64,000 bases of DNA from Bdellovibrionales bacterium (lineage in GTDB: Bacteria; Bdellovibrionota; Bdellovibrionia; Bdellovibrionales; Bdellovibrionaceae): NCBI GenBank assembly GCA_031370005.1, contig JANMPT010000039.1:1-64000 (forward strand). Direction: 5' to 3'. The notes beneath the pieces were generated by a model. It did not search any database, was not told the DNA's origin, and was given only the letters and a program-made list of their open reading frames with translations. Position numbers and translations under genes: made by a program. Of the stretch, positions 57,383 to 64,000 are shown piece after piece; within the stretch, counting starts at the first letter, position 1, and each line of letters starts with the position of its first letter.

Positions 57383-59326
57383 ATGAGTGATGACAACTCT
57401 TTTTTCGTAGAACTACAGATGGAATTTTTGAATGAGTCTGCATTTCTTCTTGAATCGTATGAAGAGTGCATGATGAGTTTGGAGAACGGCACAAATCCTG
57501 CGGAAGACCTTTCTCAGATTTTTCGAGTGGCTCATTCTGTGAAGGGTGGCGCGGCTGCGGTCGGGTTGCCGGATCTTTGTAAATTTGCTCATGTGATGGA
57601 GGACCTTTTATCTGTACTGCGTGCCAGTCCGGAGTTGGTGAACTCTAGTGTGATCTCTTTGCTTTTACAGTCGGGTGATGAGCTGAAGAAGCGTATTTCT
57701 TGTCTGCAAAAAGGTGAGAACAACCCTTGGGATCCGAGTGTTCTCGTAGAGCAGTTAATTCTGACAAATGAAAGTTTAACAGGAGCTGCTAAGGTCAGCC
57801 ACAAGACGGTGGCTTCGGCCCCATCGGTGCCAGCAGGCCCTGTAGAAGTAAAAGAGGAAGCTCCAGATGACTTCTTTGCTAATCGAGAACTAATGGCAGA
57901 ACTTCTTGGTGAAATGAATCCAGAGGATCGCGCAGCTTATGAAGAAAAAGAATGCAAGCCTGCGCCGATAGTTGCAGCAATAGCGCCAATATCAGAGCCG
58001 CCCGTTTCTGCAATCAAAACTGTTTCTACGTCAATCTCTACATCGAAGGGCCCGCAAAAGCCACAGAATGTTGTGATCAAGGTGGATACGGGACGGGTTG
58101 ATTCTGTTCTAGATGCCGTTGGGGAATTGGTAGTTTTGAAAAACCAATTGGTCGACGATGATTACATTAAAGCGGGAGGCAACATCCGCCTCGAAGGCAT
58201 CGTGGATCAGTTGGACAAAGCTGTCCGCGAACTTTATGAAAAAACTCTTAGTATACGTATGACGCCGCTGAAATCTCTCTTCGTGAAAATTCAACGGATT
58301 GTTCGCGATGTTTCCTTAAACCTAAGCAAACCAGTGGATTTGCAGCTTATCGGCGAGGAGACTGAGGTTGAAAGAACAGTTTTTGAATTGCTAGGGGACC
58401 CAATGGTGCATTTGGTGAGAAATGCCATGGATCATGGGATTGAGGATAGTCAAACGCGTGCAGAAAGAAATAAACCAGCAACCGCCAAAGTGACTGTCAC
58501 TGCAAAACAATCTGGCGGAAATGTGATGATTGATATTATTGACGATGGTGGTGGTATTAACCGCGAAAAAGTATTGAAAAAAGCTATTGAGAAAAATTTG
58601 ATTGCTCCAGGCATAGATCCGAATTCACTGTCTGATGATCAAGTTTTTCAATTTATTTTTGCTGCGGGTTTTTCTACAGCAGATAAGGTAAGCGATCTTT
58701 CGGGTCGTGGTGTGGGGCTGGATGTCGTTCGCTCGAATTTAGAGAAAATCAGCGGTAAAATTCATATTTCCTCAAAGCTGGGTCTGGGGACAACTTTTCG
58801 TCTGACAATTCCCCTGACTACGGCCATTACAGATGGGATCGTGGTAGCACTTGACGGTGAAAGATACATTCTTCCAATTCACGCTATTCGTGAAATTGTG
58901 CGAGTAATGCCAAAAGACTATACTGAAATTCCAGGAGCTGGAAAAGTAGCAAAGGTCCGTGAAGTCCTTGTCCCAGTGATCAATATTGGAAACACATTGG
59001 GATATATCAGTCGCGATATGAACAGTAAGAGCAAGGGACAAGACGGACAACAACGCAAAGCAGAGTCGCTGAGTTCGCGTCGTGAAGAAACCATGCTGGT
59101 TATTATTGAATCTGCTACAGGTCAAATGGCCTTGCCCGTTGATGATGTTTTAGGTCAAGCCCAAGTTGTAGTGAAGCCATTGGCGACGGGCCAAAATATT
59201 CCTGAAGTTGCAGGGGCCGCTATTCTCGGGGATGGCCGTACTGTTTTGATCTTAGATCCGACGATGATCGTAGCAAAAGCTGTTCGCGGAGGTCTCGGCC
59301 GCGAACTTAAGGAGCATGCGGCATGA
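57383..59326 (+). CDS. cheA: Chemotaxis histidine kinase CheA
   Basis: AHSVKG Hpt, HLVRNAMDHG, DDGGG, GFST, SGRGVG, C-terminal CheW domain; no evident P2. Confidence 0.96.
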   Translation: MSDDNSFFVELQMEFLNESAFLLESYEECMMSLENGTNPAEDLSQIFRVAHSVKGGAAAVGLPDLCKFAHVMEDLLSVLRASPELVNSSVISLLLQSGDELKKRISCLQKGENNPWDPSVLVEQLILTNESLTGAAKVSHKTVASAPSVPAGPVEVKEEAPDDFFANRELMAELLGEMNPEDRAAYEEKECKPAPIVAAIAPISEPPVSAIKTVSTSISTSKGPQKPQNVVIKVDTGRVDSVLDAVGELVVLKNQLVDDDYIKAGGNIRLEGIVDQLDKAVRELYEKTLSIRMTPLKSLFVKIQRIVRDVSLNLSKPVDLQLIGEETEVERTVFELLGDPMVHLVRNAMDHGIEDSQTRAERNKPATAKVTVTAKQSGGNVMIDIIDDGGGINREKVLKKAIEKNLIAPGIDPNSLSDDQVFQFIFAAGFSTADKVSDLSGRGVGLDVVRSNLEKISGKIHISSKLGLGTTFRLTIPLTTAITDGIVVALDGERYILPIHAIREIVRVMPKDYTEIPGAGKVAKVREVLVPVINIGNTLGYISRDMNSKSKGQDGQQRKAESLSSRREETMLVIIESATGQMALPVDDVLGQAQVVVKPLATGQNIPEVAGAAILGDGRTVLILDPTMIVAKAVRGGLGRELKEHAA

Positions 59327-60210
59327 GCACGGCAAGGAAACTAGACAAGAGCATTAGTACACATAACGTGTTTGAGATGCAAGATTTGGAATTATCGACA
59401 AAGACTTACGAGCTCTTTGCGACAAAGATGTATGATATTGCCGGGGTAGATTTGCCATATTCGCCGAAGAATCATGCACTTCTAAAAAACCGACTGGTAA
59501 AAATTCTTCGAAAGCGCAGTCTGGCGTCCTATGAGCAATACTGGGACCTGCTCAAGAACGGCTCAACAGAAGTGATCTCAGAGTTCGTTTCGGCTCTTAC
59601 AACTAATATGACATCTTTTTTCAGGGAGTCTGCGCACTTTGATTTTCTCGAAAGGATTTTACCAGAGAAATTTGAGAAAATACCTGAGTTGCGCATTTGG
59701 TGTTGTGCAAGTAGTACGGGGCAAGAGCCCTATACGATTGCGATGACTGTGTGCGAGGGGCTTTCTGAAGCACAATGCTCGCGGGCTAAGATTTTGGCGA
59801 CAGATATTGATGAGCAAGTTATAAAAAAAGCTTCTATGGGCATTTATGAGGATAAAGACTTGCAAGCATTAAATCCGATGCTTCGGCAAAAGTATTTTGC
59901 CAAAGTCAAAGGCGCTGGAAAGCGCGCGGGCGAAGAGCACTATCAAGCAAAAGATGATATTCATAAATTAATTCGTTTTGCATATTTTAATTTAATGAAT
60001 GAGTCTTATGTTTTCCAACACAAATTCCACATTATTTTCTGTCGAAATGTTTTGATTTACTTTGATGAGCCCACCACGAAGCGAGTTATTAGTAACTTGG
60101 CCAGTGCTTTGGCTCCAGGCGGATACCTCATTTTAGGTCATTCGGAATCCGGTAATGTGAAACATACAGAACTTAAGTCGCTCTCTAGAGCGATTTACCA
60201 AAAGTTATAG
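59323..60210 (+). CDS. cheR: Chemotaxis methyltransferase CheR
   Basis: TTNMTSFFRE, SSTGQEPY, ATDID, FCRNVLIYF, LGHSE. Confidence 0.96.
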   Translation: MSTARKLDKSISTHNVFEMQDLELSTKTYELFATKMYDIAGVDLPYSPKNHALLKNRLVKILRKRSLASYEQYWDLLKNGSTEVISEFVSALTTNMTSFFRESAHFDFLERILPEKFEKIPELRIWCCASSTGQEPYTIAMTVCEGLSEAQCSRAKILATDIDEQVIKKASMGIYEDKDLQALNPMLRQKYFAKVKGAGKRAGEEHYQAKDDIHKLIRFAYFNLMNESYVFQHKFHIIFCRNVLIYFDEPTTKRVISNLASALAPGGYLILGHSESGNVKHTELKSLSRAIYQKL

Positions 60211-60217
60211 GTGATAA

Positions 60218-61276
60218 GTGAGTAAAATACGTGTTCTTATTGTTGATGACTCAGCTGTGATCCGCAGGCTTTTGGAAAGGTTTCTTTCGTCTTCGCCTGA
60301 TATTGAGGTTGTTGGCTCCGCTGCAGATCCCTATATAGCACGTGATAAACTTGTACAGTTGAAACCAGACGTGATGACTTTGGATGTGGAAATGCCACGG
60401 ATGGATGGTATTAGCTTTCTTGAAAAAGTGATGCAACACATGCCAATTCGTACGATTATTTTTTCGAGTCTTGCAAAGACCGGCTCCGAGACTTATTTTC
60501 GCGCTCTAGAAGTGGGTGCTATCGAGATTATGGAGAAACCGGCCATTGATGTGTCTCAATCCATGCAGTCTTTAGCCGCTGAAATTATTGAAAAAGTCAA
60601 AACTGTAGCTCGTGCTCGTCTGACGCCTATTAAAAAAGTGTCAGCTCCTGGAGCTCCTGTGCAAAAAGCAACGGGCAGTGCTTTGGCTCGCACAACGCAC
60701 CAATTGATTGCCGTGGCTTCTTCCACAGGTGGGACCGAGGCTTTGAAGGTTTTTCTTGCGGGCATGCCGGCAAATATTCCAGGGACTTTGGTGGTCCAAC
60801 ATATGCCGCCGGGGTTTACAAAATCTTTTGCAGACAATCTAAATAAGATGTTCCCATTTGAAGTGAAAGAGGCTCAAGAGGGGGACCAAGTGGTTCCGGG
60901 CCGTGTGCTAATTGCTCCGGGTAACTTTCATATGGAACTTTATAGAAATGGTGCCTATTACCATGTAAAACTACATCAAGAGGCTCCTCTACACAGTGTC
61001 CGCCCTGCGGCTGATTATCTAATGAAATCGGTGGCAAAATTCGTTGGTAAAAATGCTTGCGGAGTGGTGCTCACTGGAATGGGAAAAGATGGCGCTGAGG
61101 GCTTGCTTGAAATGAAAAAAGCCGGTGCTTACACAGTTGCTCAAAATGAAGCGACCTGTGTGGTTTACGGAATGCCACAAGCGGCCTTTAATCTGGGGGC
61201 GACAGATAAGGTCTTGCCTTTGGACAAAATTGCTGGCGATTTGTTACACAGAATAAATGCGAAGGATGCGGCTTAA
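60218..61276 (+). CDS. cheB: Chemotaxis methylesterase CheB
   Basis: Receiver VDDS/LDVEMP; STGG, QHMP, LTGMGKDG, VVYGMP. Confidence 0.96.
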   Translation: MSKIRVLIVDDSAVIRRLLERFLSSSPDIEVVGSAADPYIARDKLVQLKPDVMTLDVEMPRMDGISFLEKVMQHMPIRTIIFSSLAKTGSETYFRALEVGAIEIMEKPAIDVSQSMQSLAAEIIEKVKTVARARLTPIKKVSAPGAPVQKATGSALARTTHQLIAVASSTGGTEALKVFLAGMPANIPGTLVVQHMPPGFTKSFADNLNKMFPFEVKEAQEGDQVVPGRVLIAPGNFHMELYRNGAYYHVKLHQEAPLHSVRPAADYLMKSVAKFVGKNACGVVLTGMGKDGAEGLLEMKKAGAYTVAQNEATCVVYGMPQAAFNLGATDKVLPLDKIAGDLLHRINAKDAA

Positions 61277-61284
61277 AGTTGCAA

Positions 61285-62475
61285 CTAGTGTTGGACGTCT
61301 TGGATTTCTTTGGGCGTTGATTTGCCTTCGAATCGTTTCAGCTGATTTTGCCAGAACAACAACAGCGCGCCGGAGACTGAGCAATCAATTTGGGCAAGCT
61401 TCAAGGCCAGGGGCAGGGCTTCATTGCGAAGGAAGCCGATTTGGCGACGCTCCCCTTTTCGCATGTACAAATCGACTCGCAGTAAGTGATGCAACAATTG
61501 CAAAGCTTTAAAAAAAGCAGCTTGTTCTTGCTTGAACATACCGAGTTCTTCGCGCAAAAAGAACTGTAGTCGCTCATCATTTTGGATCTCATCCAAATTC
61601 CACGATCCTTCGCCATGATGAGCTTTTAAGAAAGCAAATACAAATGCCGAAAGCAATTCAGTGGGGTCATCAAAACGAATTCCGCAGGATTTCAGTCGAA
61701 GAAGATGAGCTTCAAAAATGATCATTTTTTCATCATCTTTAAAAATTGCATTAAGCCCTGAAAGTATATTATCAAGTACGCCCAAGTCGTAAAGTTCCAT
61801 GAAGGCCAGAGTTGGATCTGGCAAGCGGAGGATTTTGAGATATTCCTCTCGCCGACGAGGTAAAACCGCACGCTTTAACTCCGGCGCGCACTGAACAATG
61901 GCGGCTCTCATTTGAGGCTCAATGATGAAATTCAACTTATGAGTTAGGCGTACCGCGCGAAGGATGCGAATCGGGTCTTCGACAAAACGGGTAACAGAGT
62001 CACCAATCATCCGCAGAGTACGGTTTTCGATGTCCTTGAGACCTTCGCAGTAGTCGAGGATTTTTTGCTGAACAGGATCATAGAATAAGGCATTGATGGT
62101 GAAATCGCGTCTTTTTGCATCTTCCTCGCAAGAGCCAAAGTAATTATCGCCGACGACTTCGGATTCGCCGTCTTCAAGTTCCTCAGCGCTGACTGTGCGG
62201 CGGAAGGTGGCGACCTCAAACTGTTGATCACCACGGCGAACGAGCACTAAGCGAAAGCGCTTACCAATAACATAGGCATGGGGAATTTTCCGACGCACTT
62301 GATTCGGGAGGGCGCTCGTGGCGATATCGAAGTCTTTTGGATGAATACCTGCTAACAAATCGCGAACGCAACCGCCGACTAGATAGGTTTCAAAGCCTTC
62401 GTCCTGAAGGATGCGCACGATTTCACGGGCATAGGGGTCGATCCAGTCTTCATGTAGTTGGGGTCTAATATTCAA
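61285..62475 (-). CDS. pcnB: Poly(A) polymerase (PcnB-type nucleotidyltransferase)
   Basis: VGGCVRD, KDFD, IGKRFRLV signature, EVATFR, RRDFTIN, EDPIRILRA. Confidence 0.88.
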   Translation of the reverse strand: MNIRPQLHEDWIDPYAREIVRILQDEGFETYLVGGCVRDLLAGIHPKDFDIATSALPNQVRRKIPHAYVIGKRFRLVLVRRGDQQFEVATFRRTVSAEELEDGESEVVGDNYFGSCEEDAKRRDFTINALFYDPVQQKILDYCEGLKDIENRTLRMIGDSVTRFVEDPIRILRAVRLTHKLNFIIEPQMRAAIVQCAPELKRAVLPRRREEYLKILRLPDPTLAFMELYDLGVLDNILSGLNAIFKDDEKMIIFEAHLLRLKSCGIRFDDPTELLSAFVFAFLKAHHGEGSWNLDEIQNDERLQFFLREELGMFKQEQAAFFKALQLLHHLLRVDLYMRKGERRQIGFLRNEALPLALKLAQIDCSVSGALLLFWQNQLKRFEGKSTPKEIQDVQH

Positions 62476-62573
62476 TACGTACTCACAGGTTTAAGCTCTG
62501 AATAAATTCAGCCGGAACTTTTGTTGTAACGGAAGGGCTAGACCCTGTCAAATTTTGAGGTATAATTCGGCCC

Positions 62574-63365
62574 ATGTCTTACCTTGATTTGTATAATTAT
62601 CAGATTACGGGTCCAGAAAATGGCCGTCGCTGGGTCTTTGCCCATGGTCTCATGGGTTATGGTGCCAACTGGCGCAAAATTATTTCTGGTTTGGAGTCCA
62701 CGGAACGCGTATTGACCTTTGATCAGCGAGGGCATGGTCGCTCCCAAAAACCTGTCGATGGCTATGCTCCTGAGGATTATGCTGGGGATATTTTAAAGAT
62801 CACTGATGAGCTTGGTTGGGACAAATTCATTCTTGTGGGCCATTCTATGGGCGGTAGAAACGCTCTAAATTTTGCCTTTCAACATCCGGAAAAAATTATT
62901 AAACTTGTGATTGAAGACATTGGACCCGAGGCGGCACCTGACGCTGTTGAGTACTATGAAAAACTGCTTGGAATGGTGCCAACGCCCTTCCCAAATCGGG
63001 AGGCCGCGCGGGCATTTTTTCGAAAGGATTTTTTTTCACAGATCCTTGGGCAGTTTTTGTATGCAAACATCGAAGACAAGCCCGACGGAAGTGCAGATTG
63101 GCGTTTTTCTAAGCAAGCAATCCTGAAATCGGTGATAAATGGCAGAGCTGAAGATCGCTGGCGAGAGGTTGAGTCTTTGAAAGTGCAAAGCTTGTGGATA
63201 CGCGGGGCTCAGTCTGAGGAGTTTAGTCATGAGAGCTTTGAAAAAGTTCTGAGTAGTAACAGCTTGATTACGGGCGTCGAAATACCTAATGCGGGGCATT
63301 GGGTCCACTCAGATCAAGCGAATTTATTTCTACAGGAGCTGAGGAATTTCGCTGGTGGCTTTTAG
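62574..63365 (+). CDS. Alpha/beta hydrolase (YbfF-like esterase)
   Basis: HGLMG, DQRGHG, GHSMGG, AGHWVH. Confidence 0.88.
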   Translation: MSYLDLYNYQITGPENGRRWVFAHGLMGYGANWRKIISGLESTERVLTFDQRGHGRSQKPVDGYAPEDYAGDILKITDELGWDKFILVGHSMGGRNALNFAFQHPEKIIKLVIEDIGPEAAPDAVEYYEKLLGMVPTPFPNREAARAFFRKDFFSQILGQFLYANIEDKPDGSADWRFSKQAILKSVINGRAEDRWREVESLKVQSLWIRGAQSEEFSHESFEKVLSSNSLITGVEIPNAGHWVHSDQANLFLQELRNFAGGF

Positions 63366-63458
63366 GTCTGACTAAACTGCCTGTTTCTTTGACTTTTCCA
63401 TAAGTTCTCATTACTTTGGCTTTTTTATGATCTAAATATAGTCCTTTGGAGTAGAACC

Positions 63459-64000
63459 TTGAATTTTTCTGAGTTTAATCTAGATCCCAGCCTCAAATCC
63501 GCTATCAAAAAACTTAATTATGAGGAGTGCACGCCTGTCCAAGAGCTATCGATTCCAGTAACCCTTGAGGGTAAAGACGTGGCCGGCCTCGCGCAAACTG
63601 GTACAGGCAAAACTGCTGCCTTCTTGCTTCCAATCATGGAAAGAATTTTACGTGCTCGTCCTTTGGCGCCGGATACATCTGAAGAAATCAAAGCCCTTGC
63701 CGCAAAACGCGCCTTCCCTGATTGGAAACCACAAAATTTTATTTTAATCTTAGTTCCCACACGTGAGTTGGCTGAGCAGGTTCATGAAAATGTTGAAAAA
63801 CTTTCTGAATTCTCTGGGCTGCGCGGTTTTGCCATCTATGGTGGCACTGGCTATGATAAACAAAAAGAAGCGCTCAAAAATGGAGTTGAGTTTATCGTCG
63901 CGACTCCTGGCCGTTTGATCGATCTTTATAAAGAGCATTTGGTTGATTTAAAGCAGGTTCGTGCAATCATTTTTGATGAAGCGGATCGTATGTTCGATAT
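63459..64000 (+). CDS. DEAD-box RNA helicase (RhlB/RhlE-like), truncated by the window end
   Basis: Absent from the ORF track; TTG start after GGAG; reads FSEFNL..TPVQ..AQTGTGKT..PTRELA..ATPGRL..DEADRMFD. Confidence 0.93.
   Translation, partial: MNFSEFNLDPSLKSAIKKLNYEECTPVQELSIPVTLEGKDVAGLAQTGTGKTAAFLLPIMERILRARPLAPDTSEEIKALAAKRAFPDWKPQNFILILVPTRELAEQVHENVEKLSEFSGLRGFAIYGGTGYDKQKEALKNGVEFIVATPGRLIDLYKEHLVDLKQVRAIIFDEADRMFD

Noticed and set aside
63518..63938. Three short ORFs listed at the window end
   Set aside because: They overlap the real, unlisted DEAD-box helicase frame starting at 63459

Overview
Gene-dense bacterial chromosomal window of about 60 CDS, most likely from a Bdellovibrionota (Bdellovibrio-like) predator. 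That assignment is inferred from gene content and order, a Q-N-C lipobox protein and sigma28/sigma54 promoter usage. Core modules: RRM RNA-binding protein, tesA-ybbAP-sua5, ornithine-lipid olsB/olsA, a pantothenate/CoA operon with an ABC-F gene, PIF1 helicase-ribD, phhA, hldD, S41 protease, lexA, ung, an AroK-AroD-AroE fusion plus aroC, ubiE/menG-aroF and menFDH, pip/add, transketolase, cheW/cheARB, pcnB, and a DEAD-box helicase cut by the window end. Most unusual elements: (1) a ZorB/MotB-like + ZorA/MotA-like + membrane FHA coiled-coil cluster with no flagellar, TonB/Tol or Zorya-effector partners (19070-24041); (2) an accessory block between aroC and ubiE (37988-46418) ending in a ~0.9 kb HigBA-only unit bracketed by an exact 88-bp duplication of the ubiE 3' end; (3) long perfect palindromes at the starts of lexA, two AAA+/DUF4143 paralogs and tesA; (4) a recurrent intergenic TCTCA-N3-TGAGA motif. 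No rRNA, tRNA, CRISPR array, transposase or integrase was recognised. All calls are from manual motif reading; no searches were run.
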